A stretch of 64,000 nucleotides of DNA, taken from the NCBI RefSeq assembly GCF_009914755.1, contig NC_060927.1. One strand, given 5' to 3'. Shown piece after piece: positions 12,481 through 27,732 of this stretch. The position numbers were made by a program, and so were the translations under genes. Positions within the stretch are counted from its first letter, which is position 1; every line of letters begins with the position of its first letter. The DNA is from the human T2T-CHM13v2.0 reference genome, Homo sapiens. The notes under the pieces were generated by a model. It searched no databases. It was not told the DNA's origin and saw only the letters and a program-made list of their open reading frames with translations.

Positions 12481-14582
12481 GTCTCTCTCATAATGTACAC
12501 GCCTGCTAATAATACTTTCAATCCCTTAATTCTGAGGAATGATTTCCAATGGGCATTTCAGGAATTAAGGCAAGCTCTCAGAGGCTCTATCGTTGATAAG
12601 GGCTTTATTTCAGTGGGGCCTTATTCTCTTAAACTTGCTTTTGAAGGAAGTAAGCTCTTTGCAAAGCTCTTGTTAGCAGAAAAAAACCACATGTCTTAAT
12701 TCAAAATGTTATTTGAAATCTCACAATCTGTATTTTTAAAAATAATGGAAGGCAGGTGAACTGTTTGTCTTCAAAAGGTTTATTTTACACACCAACTCTT
12801 TACTGCCTCTCAATAAACGTTACTTAATTACAATGTGTTAAAAAGAATGAAGCAGAAGTATGGTCTGTAAAAATATTTGTTATCTTTTGCTTTTTTCGTT
12901 TCCTGATTCTGAGGAACTCTGAGCGGTTGTTTGTCAAACTCCTTTGTACCTGCCTGAGCACAAAGGCCCTTTTGCTGGGCTGGGCCCCATGCAGAATGGT
13001 GAAGTGGCTGAAGTTTGAAAAGCAGCACACTCCTCTCAGTGCTCCCAGCTTCCTCCTCTCCACTCATTTCCCTGCCTCTTTTATATTTTGTTCAAAATAA
13101 AATAAAATGCAAAGAAGACAAACTTTTCTCTTCCTCTCACTCAAGAAGGGATCTTCAGACGCATTTTTATGTGATTGAAAGTAAATGTAATTTCCGGGTA
13201 TTGACATTTTCAACTACATTTCGAATCACAAAACCGAAGATTATTTTTCCTGGTAGAAGGAATTCCAGGTTGAGAAACCTGAGGAGTGAGGTGTTGGGGA
13301 ATGCCTGAAGAAAGAATTTGGCTAGGATGAGCAGAGTGTTCCTCCTCTTCTCCCCAAAGCAGACAGGCTTCATGAGAAAAGTCTTGAAGATAGCCATTGC
13401 TTTACTGATTTTTTTTCCTTGGTGGATTTTAGTAGTTCTGCTTTTTCAGATGATACTTCAGGCCATTTTTTTCACTGTGTGGCAGGAAAAAATAAAGAGG
13501 TTTCAAGGAAACAGAGCTGTCTTTTGCCCTGGGGCTTGTTGATCTGGGCAAGGTCTTTACCACCGAGTGCCCTTAAGGGAGGGAGGAATTAGTTCCTGCA
13601 ACAGCGCTGATAAGGGTTTAGAGAGTGTTTCAAAGTTTACAAAACACATTCATGGAACAGTCAAGTGGAAAAGTTTTTTTAGACACATATAAAATATTAT
13701 TAAAACTGAGTGCAAGTTATTTGGACTAGCCTTCATTTGGGACAGTCTCTCAAAAGCTGAATTATTCTTTTTTCTTCTGATGATAAAAATACTAATTGTA
13801 ATGCAGAACAAGCTCTTTCCTCCATCTCCCCTTGTTGCCACTGCATGAGAGTAGCAGAGAGTAGTGCCTAAGTGGCAGTGATACATACATGATGGCTTGA
13901 ATGGGGTGGCACAAAAAGCTTGTAGTATGATGCTGCCTGCCGTGTGGTGTTCCTGCCTAGTCAAGTCTTCCCCCTCCTACTTTCATTCTGGGCTGTGAGT
14001 TTTATACTAGTTTAAGCTAGCTCCTCATCTTTTGAAGCTCGTCATCTTTTTGAACCATGTGAGAAAGCCATCCCACACCATTGCTGTTGAACCTTTCTTC
14101 ATGTGGAATTTGTTGAGACTTGAGGGCGCCCATCATACGGGGGACCATTATAAGCAAATCTCCCATGATTTTTCACCCTTGCGCTCCACGGTTACAGCCC
14201 ACTTCTCATCACTCGTCATAATGTGATCCTCTCCCTTGATCCAACAAAATAAGCCAGTTTACAGCCTGAGCTTCCTACAATGAAGTTCACTGTCTAGTCT
14301 TACCTATTTTCACAGAACTTCTAATCAGCTTTTCAGGGTCTTAAATAAGTCACTCTATATGAATGAACAGCCAAAGCTGTCTAGATATTTGAGAAAACAC
14401 TTTAATATGAAATGAACTCAGAGGAAGCAAAGACAATGTAGGAAAAAAAAACAAACTAAGATTCTCAGAGAGATAAGAGAAGATAATGAATCCATGGACA
14501 TGAACAGGATACTATAAAAATGAAAAGAGAATAAAAAAGACCATCAAATATAAAAATGATGACAGTAGAAATTAAACATTAA

Positions 14583-15326
<744 letters not shown>

Positions 15327-16120
15327 GTACATTTCCAAGACATCAAAATAACCACAAAAAAACAACAAGACAAACAAACCAAAATCAGAAGATGGAAAGT
15401 GAAGGACAAAAGAAGAAAGCAGGCAAACGGTCTAAGTGGATCAAGATCTTATAGAAACAGGCAAATAAAATAAAGAAAATTATAAAATATATAAGAAAAT
15501 TTTATTAAATGTTTTGCCAAGTGCCTATTATAACAACAGAAAATAAAAAATGTATATCAAATCCTATTGTGAAATTTCCGAGCACTGGAAATGAAAAGCA
15601 GATCTTACAATTTTCCAGAAGGAATGACAAATAAAAAGAAGGAACAAAACATTGGTCATACCTACAAAGAATCAGAAACCAAAACGGTGTTTAATTTCTC
15701 AAGAAGGGGAAGTGTAAGTAATTGTAAGTGAGTAATTGTAAACTCATTTTATTAGTTGAATTTGTTTCTATGGCTATGTCTTAGGAAACTTCACACAACT
15801 TTTCTACTAATGTAAGAATGACTTGTTTTCTGTTTAATCCAAAATATTAAACATCATGGCACTTAGTATAGTACATTCTGCATCTGTGCTCAATAAAAGT
15901 TAAAGGGAAATGAGAGGATGGACTAAATATGATATTTGGCAGCAAAGTTTGCTGCCAGCAAAGATTTTTACCATCGTACTGGTCAGATGGCATTGTGATA
16001 ACAAGATTCTGTTTTAAGCCACTGATCTAAAAGGGACTTTTTCAGAAGACAATGAATAGGAAAGTGAATCAAGTTGGAATCTAGCCATACAGGAAAAGGA
16101 TGAAGGAATAAAGGATGCCT

Positions 16121-16622
16121 GGTGGGAGTGTAAATTAGTTCAACCATTGTGGAAGACAGTGTGGCAATTCCTCCAGGACCTAAAGACAGGAATATCATTT
16201 GACCCAGCAATCCAATTCCTGGATATATACCCAAAGGAATACAAATTATTATATTATAAAGACACATGCACACATATGTTCATTGCAGCACTATTCACAA
16301 TAGCAAGACATGGAATCAACTTAAATGCCCATCAGTGATAGACTGGATAAAGAAAATGTGGTACATACACCATAGAATACTAGGCAGCCTTAAAAATAAT
16401 GAGATCATGTCCTTTGCAGGGACATGAATGGAGTTGGAGGCAAATTAACACAGGAAAAGAAAATCAAATATTGCATATTCTCAGAAGTGGGAGCTAAATG
16501 ATGAGAACACATGGACACATAGAGGGGAACAACCACTCGCTGGGGCCTATTGGAAGGTGGAGGGTGGGAGGAGGGAGAGGATGAGGAAAAATACCTGAGT
16601 GATGAAAGAATCTGTACAACAA
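16121..16622 (+). mobile_element. L1PA (about PA10-13) 3' fragment lacking a poly(A)
   Basis: ORF 16147-16338 is ORF2 C-terminus-like; 3' UTR 'ggagggtgggaggagggagaggat'. Confidence 0.85.
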
Positions 16623-18694
16623 ATATGTCATAGTGTATATGTATTTATTCAATTTAATCTCATTACCATTGGTCCATTGTTCTGTACAATTGGTATATTT
16701 AAAAAACTCATTCATTAGGATTGTTGTTGTTTTTAGGTCTTATTATTTGCCTGATATTTTGCCAGACAAGGGTGAGCAAAGCGTTGTTTTCATGACACTT
16801 TTAGTTGAGTAGAGATCTTTATTTGTTGTAGCAGAAATTCATTCCTGCACTGCAGGGTAAGTTTTACTAAATGATGCTTAAGATAACCTGTTCAGCAAAC
16901 GTTATTGAGTGTTGCTGGGGTAAATCATTTTCTGAATTTATAAAGACACAGCCTCTGTTCTCCAGGAACAGCTCAGATATTCTGTGATACTGTGGTGCTT
17001 TGCCTACTTGGCAGGCTGATCATAGAACCAAACTAATTTGTTATCCATGATACACACAGGAGTTTGCTCTCCACTGATGAAACCCAAGAAAGCTGAACTC
17101 TGTTGGTTGGTTTATTCTTCCATTAATCAAAATAAAAGGATGATGAGGAAGTATCTCTGTCTATTCTAGAGAATTCTGACCCTTCAAAACTGAATATTTC
17201 CTTTATTATTATTTCTGAAACACGAGGGGTATCCAAAGGATCAAGATTAGACTAAGGCATAGGGAGACCAGACAGTCACCTGTGTGATGTCTACTCAACA
17301 TATATTTCCCACATTACCTGCTCCTGGTAGTAGAAATTCTATTATTTATGATTCATTCTTTATGATTAGCCTTGCCCATGTCTGGTAATCTCCTTTAGAA
17401 TTCAGTTATTTCCATCAAATCTGTCAGCTTGAATTGGTTTAATAAGGCAAGTTTCTTCTCTAAGGTTTAGAATCAAGCTACATTAGATGATTGAGAAATG
17501 TCTTGGGCAGAAACCTTAAAAGAGGGAGTTGAGGAAAAGTGAGCTGGAAACTCCCAACATCAATCTATTTTACATTTTGCCTACCACCTGCCCCATCTCG
17601 GAGGTTTTGGACTTTGAACTCCCTGCCCTGGGAGGTATCTGAGCTTGACAACTGGAGATGGCTGCTAAGTAAAGTTTTTTTGATAGTCCAGAAAAAGAAA
17701 ATGAATTTGACATTTTGAATATCAAGAAACATTTAAGCATAAAAAGGTCTAAAAGTTAGTTAGCATTCGGGTCAACTTAAAAACATACACATATACAAAA
17801 ACCTGAGGAAACGAACAGTGTACTGTAATTGAGTTATGGTAGACAATCTATACAGTTTAGATACAAATATTTACCTTTCTTCATTTTTTCCGGTTAATGT
17901 GGATAAAATAAAAGCCATGATCCCATATCATTGAGATAATCATTTTCCCATTAATTTGGTATTTTATGCAGAAGATAGGAATAACATGTCTGGTTTATTT
18001 CAGAAATAATAATTTTATAAACCTGTCAGGGTTTTAAAATGCAGCTGAACTCACCAGACTCCACAGGAATGTAATGAGTACTGCATAATTTTTTGTAGGT
18101 TTTACTAAAGATTTTGCAGGCTCTAGGAAGGGTTGCATCACACATGGCAATCCATCATTTTATTTGCACTCTTTCCCCTTCTCTCTTTTCCATATCTTCT
18201 TCCGGATTCTCCCTTGAGTTTCCAATACTTTTTTCTCAGTTACACGGAGCAACTTCTCTCTTTCTACAAAGTTTTATCACCACCCAATGCCAAGGCCCAT
18301 GAGGCTTAGCTCCCATGTGGGCTTATCAAAACATTTTTTTCAACAAAAGCAACTCTTCTCATAAGCAGAATTCTAGCTGCTACAGAATAATTACTTTATC
18401 GTTGCTATGACAAAACTTTAGCATTAGAAGGAAATACTAAATGGTTTCATATTTCATTCATGACCCTCTCCAGAAACCAGAAAAAAACTCTGAAATTTCA
18501 GATTTTTTAAGCTTTTAGTTTGTAAATTTATTATGTGTATTTTAAAGCTTATCTTTTAGTCTAAGTTTTTATTCAAGCCCACTACAAGGAACTGAGCAAC
18601 ATGGTCAGTTTGAACACTTGTATGCCGGTGGCATTGAACAATGAGTTTCATCAGGAAAAAGCCATAGATTAACTCATGAAGGAACCAATATATT

Positions 18695-19410
18695 CTTTTT
18701 TATGATGGTAAAAAACATATAACACGATAACTACCCTCATAAATTTTTACATGTGCAAATAGTACACTATTGTTAACTAGCACAATGTTTTACAGCAGAT
18801 CTCTAGAACTTTTTCATACTGCATAACTGAAACTTTGTACCTACTGAACAGCAACAGCTCATTTCTCTCTCCCTACAGCTCCTGGCAACCGCCATTCTAC
18901 TTTCTGCTTCTGTGAGCTTGACTACTTTAGACACCTCATATATGGAATCATGCAGTAGTTGTCCTTCTGTGACTGGCTTGTTTTGCTTAGCTTAATGTCC
19001 TCAGGGTTCATGCGTGCTGTCATTTATGACAGAATTTCCTTCTTTTTTTTAGATTGAATAATATTCCATTGTTTGTATACACCACATTTTTAAATACATT
19101 CACCCATAGATGGACACTTAGGTGTTCATTCTTCTGTTAATGGATATTTGGGTTGCTTCTATATCTTGGCTATTGTGAATCATGCTGTAATGAACAAGGG
19201 CATGCAGATATCTTGTTGAGATACTGATTTTATTTCCTTTGAGTAAATACCAAAAAGTGAAATTGCTGGATCATGTGGTGATTCTATTTTAATTTTTTGA
19301 AGGACCCGCATATTGTTTTCCATACAGTTGCACCATTTTACATTCCCACCAAGTGCACAAAGGTTTCAATTTTCCTATATCCTTCCAACACTTGTTATTT
19401 TTTGTTTGTT
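18695..19410 (-). mobile_element. L1MA9/L1MB-like 3' end
   Basis: 'cagcagatctctagaactttttcat...cataactgaaactttgtacc', 'ttctgtgactggctt', 'ggctattgtgaat'. Confidence 0.85.
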
Positions 19411-20162
19411 TGCCTTACCTCTTCCTTGAGCTCTACCCATTGCTGACATACACCAGCTCGAATCAGGACTCTGTAAGTGCATCATGCCCCCTGGCTTGGG
19501 CAATGCATCACCCATACGACCATGAAAGGTGACCTCACATGAAAAATGTGTAAAGTTATTTGGTAGTTTCCATCTTCAGGCAAGCTCTTGCTAATTGTTG
19601 ATGTCATCATGAACATTGTTTGGCTATTAAAAGCTCATTAAGAGAGAAAAAGCAGAGATGAATGGTTATAATGATGGAGTGAGGCTCAGAAATAGTATCT
19701 CTCCTTATAAAAATTCTTCTTAAGTCTTTATTTAAAAAAACTTTCTCTGGACCTCTTAAACTAACATTTCTGTGTCTCTTCCAACAAAGAGTTTAAGTTT
19801 ACAGCCTCCACTTAATCACTACCCATTCATTTCAAAACCTCATGCAGTCTAATTTCTGTCCTGCATATTAATATGAAGAGCACGTTGCTTCCAAGAACAC
19901 AAATGATCTCTTAATCACTAAGTCCTCTCTGAACATTCATCTCTGATGATAGCTCTTTCCTGGAAAGCACCTCCTCCTAGCTTCCAAAGCACTATTCAAC
20001 TTACAATGGCACATCTTTATTGACTGCTTATTATGTGTTAGACACTTTCTGGGATAGGAAACAAGATAATAGCTAGTAAATGATTGAAGAAACTGCAGGT
20101 GTAACTGTGATAAGTAAAGACTACATTAATTGCCATGAAGAAAAAATAATGTTCTTCTAGAG

Positions 20163-20553
20163 TAGCACTGTCCAACAGAAATAAAATAAAAGCTACATAT
20201 GTAATTTTAAACGTTCTAGCAGCCACATTTTAAGAGTAAAAGAAAATAAAGGAAATTAATCTTAACATTTTATTTAACTCAATGTATTCAAAATATTATC
20301 ATTTCAACATATAACCAATATACAATTATGATGAGATTATTTATACCATTTTTAATCACTAAGTCTTCAAAACCTGTATGTGTAAAATTATGTATATATA
20401 CTATATAATACATATACAATATATTAAGTCTTTAAAATCTGTCTATATCTATATAGTGCTGTGTATTTTACACATAAAAGCCATTTAAATTTGGACTAGC
20501 TGCATTTCAAATACTTAAGAGTCCATGTATCTGGAGGCCATATCAAACAGTGA
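20163..20553 (+). mobile_element. MER33 (hAT-Charlie)
   Basis: 'cactgtccaacagaaata...catatgtaattttaaa...ctagcagccacatt'; tctagag on both flanks; internal AT-rich expansion. Confidence 0.8.
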
Positions 20554-21069
20554 CAATCTAGAGAGCAGAAATAGAACAAACAAAAGAAAGACAGTTTTGG
20601 CTCAGAAATAGAACGGTTTTTACTAGCAGTTAACAATTATGACTGTCCAGCAATGAAATGAACTTCTTTCCGTAGAAAGCTCTCAAGTGGGAATGAGGCT
20701 GTAGATAGAGATAAGTTGGTTTACTTTTTTTTATTTTATTTTTTATTTTTATTTTTAGCTGACATGGGATAATCATATGTACTTATGAGATATAGAGTAA
20801 ATTGGTTGAATTTTAATGTCCCTCAAGTAATTACCTTTTTAAAAAAGATAATTAAAATGTCCCAAAATAATGTATTAATATTTGGGGGCAACAATTTACA
20901 CAATGCAGAGGTGTATAAAGAAATGTTTAATAATTTTCTCTTTCACTTTCCATCTCTGAGTAAACAAATGTTAACAATTTGGTATATATCCTTTCAGACA
21001 TTCCTCTATATTCATATAAAGATATATAAGTACACACGTATATTTTTAATTTTAAAAAGGAAAATATGA

Positions 21070-21114
21070 TAAAATATATACACCTACTATGTCCCCACAA
21101 AAATTAAAAAAGTT
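21070..21114 (+). mobile_element. Extremely 5'-truncated L1MA 3' terminus
   Basis: 'aaatatatacacctactatgtccccacaaaaattaaaaa' between 19-bp repeats tttaaaaaggaaaa(t/c)atga. Confidence 0.75.
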
Positions 21115-21657
21115 TTTAAAAAGGAAAACATGACAAAAAGGGTGTGCCATAGTTTACTTTGCTAATATATTATTACATCTTTCTAGGTCAATATATGTGT
21201 ATCTCACTCATTTTTAAGTGGCTGCATAATTTTCTATATGACTGATATACCATAATTTATTCAAACGTTCACCTACCAGGAGCCTCATGACATGTCCAGT
21301 TGGGCCACCTCTGATGTCAGCCACACTTGAAGGGGACAGTTCCACGTGAATGTAGAATCAGCTTGTGCTGACAGCATCTTGACTCAAGTATGTGTCTTGA
21401 GTTGTTTTGCTTTTTTTCTCTAGAGTTTCTCTCTAATGGCTGTGCTCCCACCTCCTGACCGCCAGTGGGCAATTCTGTAAGTTATTCAGGAGGCAGAATC
21501 AAGTGCTGTTGCTTTCAGGAGTGATCAACTTCCATTTTTAATTGGGCTTTTCAATCTTCCCCGCCTCATTCTCCCTGGTCCCATGATCCCCTCTTGGAGT
21601 CACCTTCCAAATAAACTGGCTGTGCAGGAGTCTTTCTAATGACAGACATATGGATAA

Positions 21658-22006
<349 letters not shown>

Positions 22007-22279
22007 TAAATATTATACATCAGTGCTTTTTTATTTTTAAGTATTAGATTATCAAATGAAATGTGTCATCAGATTACATTTCAAAAAGGCTATAGCAAAT
22101 CACAGGCCAAGTGACAGTATGCAGGAATCCTTTTTATATACACACTACCCATCAAAGATTACTGTACAATTTTTGCCACTCTGATTTGAAAGTAGTGGTA
22201 TGTCATATTGCTATATTTTCCTGTCAGATGTGATGCAAGGGGCATCTTTTCATGTTTTTGAAAATTTATTTATGTCAGC

Positions 22280-22600
22280 TCATGCAAAAAACCATCTGAG
22301 ATTGATTAAAGACATAAATGAAAAAACATAGTGAAAATATTCAAAGAAATTTCAGAGAAAGTTTGTTTCACCATGTGTGAGGAAGACATTCTTAACTATA
22401 AATAAAGATGGATAAATTTGACTAGATTAAAATTTTGCTTTTTTTTAAGTTCTGATTGAGCAAATGATACCATAAGCAAAGTTAAGACAAATGATGGACT
22501 GGCAAAAATATCTACAAAACATAAAATAGACATGATGAATTGATATAAAAATCAAGCTATCTTATAGAAAAGCAGGCAAAGGCCAAAAACAGAAGAAAAT
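22280..22600 (+). mobile_element. L1ME-like ORF2 fragment
   Basis: 'gattaaagacataaatg', 'gataaatttgactagattaaaatttt', 'caccataagcaaagttaagacaaatg'. Confidence 0.6.
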
Positions 22601-24299
22601 GTGTGGCATCTTCCTTCCTATTAGCAGTATAATTCTCCAGGTTATTTTTAGATGTACACACAAACAGAGGCCTATAAGCTCAGGACCAATCTTTTCAAGA
22701 GAATTCGTTCAGACAGAGCTTACTTTGACTTGGGGACTACAGGTCAGCTGCTCTGGAATTCAGAGGCCACATCTCTGTAACACAATGGAAGTTACAAATA
22801 GTCTAATACATTTTGTCTACCTAGACCCAAGAATAATGTCCTTGTATTATGTGGGCTGGCATTCATACACCTAACTTCTCTTGGCCTGCATCATTTATCT
22901 GATTCTTCCCAATATATTGGATTAGGCAATTTCTAAACTTTATAAACCCTTTTATTGTGTGTGTAGTTCACCCCATCATATCAGCCACCAGGTAGAACCC
23001 CCAAGGTATCACAAGTCTGTGCAATTTATTTTGATATCTTAAAAGCATTAAAAAAATCTCATCTCACACAGAACATAAAACAGATATGTTGCAATGCAGT
23101 GATGCCAGATGGGTTAACATTTATATTTCTTTTCTACTCAATGCTCCATGGTGAAAATAATAGTATTTCTTTATCCTTGTTTGTACTGTCTGAATGCCAT
23201 AAATTACGGCTCTGCTCCAAAGCTGGTGCTTTATAAAGCCATAATCTGTTCACACACAAATAAAATGTCTTTCTGTATTTGGCCTTTGGACATAACTTCA
23301 GTGGGGGGAGAATTTATGAGCTATCAGATCCATGAGCTGCATCAGGTGTGCCAGAAGTTATGTTGATATGGCACATGAACTTAGATTCAAATCTAAGTTT
23401 AAGGTTTTAATGGGCCAGTTAAGTACAAACACTGGGGCCTGGTTTTCCTTCCCCATTGAATGAACCACTTTTTGCATAGGAATCTATTTATTTTAAATGT
23501 AAGTATAGAGAGGGAATAGCCTCAGAGGCAAGTGCTCACTGGGAGAGGAGAGAGGGGATCGATTCTTCTTTTGTAGTTGCTGCCGTTAAACTCCAGATGA
23601 AAAGATGCCTAGTGACATGAAGCTGTGAAAATGCCTTCAGACAATGTTTTAGAGCCTGAGATAAACAGTAATGGGACACAGCTAATTAGCTATTAAAACA
23701 ATTGAATGGATTTCATTGAATTTTTACCAAATGGCAGAAACTGTTAGCTCTGAAGATTTTTTTCAGTAGCATAGGTTCAAACTTAAATGCATTAAAAACA
23801 GGTAATGCAGATTTAAAAAGACAAGTGATGCTCTCTTTACAGGATGTACTTTATGTTCAGGTCATGAGATTATATGAATTGTCCGTGGATAGTCTCATAA
23901 CCCATAGTTTACAAGAATTTAGTGTATTGTGTAGTTAACGGCTGACTGCCTGTGCGGTCCAGTATTTTTATGGTCCTGAGAAAAGCATAGGTTTCTCTGT
24001 GAAGCAGTTGTGGAAAGGTTGTAAAGTGACCTCAACTGACTGCTGAGTCGTCTATTGACGTCAAGAACATTTTATAGTCTGGTGTTTGGTGTATTTTTAG
24101 ACTCTAAAATCATGGCTGATATATTTAATAGCATCAGTCTTTGACTCATGGATTTATTGTTTAACTCTTACCATTTGCTTTTAACAGAGAAATAGCTATA
24201 GAATGACAAAACTCTTCCACTTTTTCAAGTGCATTTTTACCCATACAAGAGGCCATTAAGCATTCTGTTCACATGCTGTGAAAGTAAGGGGCTTTAGTA

Positions 24300-25030
24300 C
24301 TTAATTTGGAGAGGAAATGTGATTGAGGACAAAGCGCAGGACCTGGACTCTTACTGTGCACGTGCAATTTGTTAGCTGTGTAACACTGAGGAAGAGACTT
24401 AGGATCTCTAGGCATCAATTTTCTCCTCTGTGAAATGGAGATAGTAATATCTGCATCATTTGGAATGCTATCTGTGTTAAGAAGCCTAGTCTCAGAAAAC
24501 CCAGTTTCAAATGGGCTTAAGCAACGGGTAAGTTTATTATCTCATGTAATTAATTGGAAACCCAGAAATAGCGTGGGTTTCTGGTGCAGAACAATCAGTG
24601 GCTCAAATGTCATTGGTGACACAGGATATTTCCACGTCTTCCTTTGCCAGATATAGATGTCATCTCCAGCTGCTTCCCTTTGTAATTATAAGGTGGTTGC
24701 CAGTGACAATAGAGATGAATGCTTTCTAGTTCTGTCTAGCTGAAGACAGAAAGAAATTTCCAACCTTCCAGTCTGGAATATAAATCCTTCGCTTCATTGA
24801 TTGGGTTAACTTAGGTCCTGTATTAACTCTTCATCCTACCCCAGACACAATCAGAGGAATTCATTGCTCCTATTGACTCATCATCTGAGAATGGAACACA
24901 GAAGTTCACAGTGTCCGTGGTGCTTTCCATAGCACTTTACAGAGTAGTTGTGAGGGCTAATTTAGACGCACAACATGTGGTACATACAGGGTATTCCGTT
25001 AATGGTAATTACTACCAATTCTATTATTAT
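24300..25030. mobile_element. MIR split by an old MLT1 (J/K/L-like) LTR at about 24470-24880
   Basis: MIR core 'ttctcctctgtgaaatggagatagtaat' on the left and MIR tail 'gttgtgagggctaa' on the right; between them 'ggcttaagcaac...tttattatctcatgtaat', 'cagtggctcaa'. Confidence 0.55.
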
Positions 25031-25734
25031 TACCACTCGGTGAGTGTTGGCTCACTCACTGGTGCATTGGGCTCCATAGTTTACCCTGTTTGACCTGAAT
25101 ATGGTGGTAAAGGCGACAAGCTCACAAATTTGCCTCCTATTTGAGTCACTGAATTTTGTACAGAGGAAACAATCTTTAAAAAGCCTATTTATGTCTTAGC
25201 TACAGTGCTAAGCCCCATAAGACGTCTTACACATTTTGCCCCTGTTTACAAGGAAACCCAAGCAAGAGGCCATGAACAAGTCAGGACAAACCCATCATCA
25301 CTGTGGAAAAAAATTTAGGTAATTAATTTTTAAAAACTTTATAAGAAATACCACCAATTAAAGGACATAACTTTTAAAAAGTGAATTCTTAACTGATGTA
25401 AATGGGTAAATAAGTCAGTTTTGCATTTTAAGAACACATACTCCGGTGCCAACTAAGTAATGCTTCCTCCACGTGGAAGTACTACTAAACCATGTGCTTA
25501 GATTAGACTTAATGTTAAAAAGTTTTTTTTTTCCCTTCAAATCATTAGACTCTGAAAAAGCACAGAATTTCAAGTGTTGACCAAATTCTTCTAAACTCAT
25601 ATTTAAACTTGTTAGACCAAGCCAGGTATGTTTGAGCATGTAAACAATTCATATGAATCCCTTCTTTTTCTAAAGGGAGTGGTCTATATAATGAACAGGT
25701 CTAAGTGTCCAAATTGTTCTTGGAAAAAAACAGT

Positions 25735-26090
25735 GTACCAAGAGTCAGGAGTAGGGAACAGATGACACTGTTAAACAGGATAATTTGAAGATAAATTAAT
25801 AAAGGGAGTACTAACAAAGTTGTGGGCAGGGGGGAGAAAAACCAAAAGAGATTGTGCAGTGCAGTAGTCTAGAGTCAGTAAAGGCCAGAGCAGAGGAGTT
25901 ACGTCTGCAGGCCTATGTCCCTCTAGCTTGTACCCAGGTTCCTCATTGGCTGAGCTCATCTGAAGCCAGAGGACAGAGGATGATGAAGCCTGTGGATACA
26001 GCCAAGTGGGGAAGTCTCCGCAGCTCAGAGCAGGGTGCAGGGTGGGCTTTGGATTTGCAGAAGCCAACAGAGTTTTTAAGCACACAGCCT
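25735..26090. mobile_element. Old ERVL-class LTR fragment (family uncertain)
   Basis: 'aacagatgacac...ggataatttgaagataaattaataaaggga...acaaagttgtgggcagggg'. Confidence 0.4.
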
Positions 26091-27539
26091 TTTCCAACAA
26101 TACTTTTATTTCAGTCATAAACCTAGGAAGATCCCATCACCATTTAGTTAAACTGTGGAACTTAAAGAACATGAGGCAATTTTGGGGACCAGTTAGGAAG
26201 CTTAGATCTGCTGTCTTTTCTGACTTCATATTGACTTGAGACTTGGTTCAAACTTCATAAGGTACAGTGAGTATAAAGTTTCCAGGACAGATTCTGAATG
26301 AAAGTGTTTCCCTGGAGACTTCCTGACCAAGGATGTTATGAATTTGGGATTATGTTCAATCTTAAAGGTTTCAAGTTTATAGATAAACAGTTTCTCGAGA
26401 CACCTCTACGTCCCTGGAACTTCAGGTATGGAATATGACATTAACTGATAGCCTATTTTGTTTTTTTCCAGGGATTTAAATTTTTTTCTAAAATTTGGTT
26501 ATTGTTTGGTTTTGTTCAGTTATATGTCACACGTTATGTTTTTTTTCCATATTGACTAAGCTTGCCCACTTAAATAGTTGCATCAATGCAGATTGATATC
26601 ATCACTTTTCTAAGTGGATGATGATGAAGTGGCTTAAAAATCATAGACCTCAGTGTTTTCAGATACCTCAGGAATACTGTAATCACCGTGGCAAACCATA
26701 GTTCTGATGACTCAATCCGTTTCAGGTTGACTTACTGTGGATTTCCTCGTTTCCTTCAATGTAATATATAAACCACACCAACTCCCTAAAATCAACTTTC
26801 TTCACCTCTAAAGTGTGGTTAATTCTTTTAATCATCTGCTCTTTAAACTGATCTCTGCAGCCAAAGCAATGTGGTGGTTGGATGTGGTAGACAATAGGTT
26901 TAAAGTTGATGCAGATAATTCATTACATCAATCATTTGCATTGACTTAGTTACACAGATTGACAACTCTCTCTACATCTCTCTCTCACCTTCCCTCCATT
27001 CTTAATTTCCTTCCCTCCCCGACTCTTTTATTGCATTAGACTCTACTAGTATTACTTGTAGATCAAGTGTTTAGGTGCTGATGGCAGGATACAGAAGAAA
27101 AAATGTGTATGGGCAAAAACACTCAACAACTTCCAACCAAAAACCAAAAACCTTGATGTGTTTGCAAGTTTGCTGAGCTGTACAACTCTATGAGTTATAG
27201 AAAAAATACATGTGGCTGATTCACTGAGAGTCAAGAGGAAGTCTCAGAGCTCTTCACACACCAGATAAGAAAGTCCTTTCCTGGCATTCACAACACCACT
27301 TTCAGGAGTGCATAGGGTATTCTAGAACTGTGAATATTTCTGGCATAACCCTCATCTCTCCTTTTTCCTCAATACTCACAGCCTTAACATCGCCTTCTGC
27401 CTTGAAGCCAGTAGGATGAATTTCACCATGAGCTTTCCCTTTGGCCTGGTCTGTCCTGTCCCTACATGAAGCCCAGAGCCCTCCCCAGGCACAAGCACTC
27501 TGATCCTCACACAGCTGCATAGTATTGGAACACCCCTGA

Positions 27540-27732
27540 TTTCTTTTCTATATATTACATTGGGGAGAATATAGTTTATGCTTCTACTTGTTTGTTTGCA
27601 TGTTTCCTTCCCTAGAATGTAAAGTCTATGATGTTTGGGAACGTTATTGTTTTGCTCACTGTAATAGCCCCAGTGCCTAGCTCAGAGCCTGGCATACACT
27701 AGAGCTCAAAATATCTTTGTTGAATGAATGAA
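27540..27732 (+). mobile_element. L2 3' end
   Basis: 'ctagaatgtaaa...ccccagtgcctag...gcctggcatac...ttgttgaatgaatgaa'. Confidence 0.8.

Noticed and set aside
21459-21472. CTCF-like motif ccgccagtgggcaa
   Set aside because: Imperfect single match; not supportable from sequence alone.
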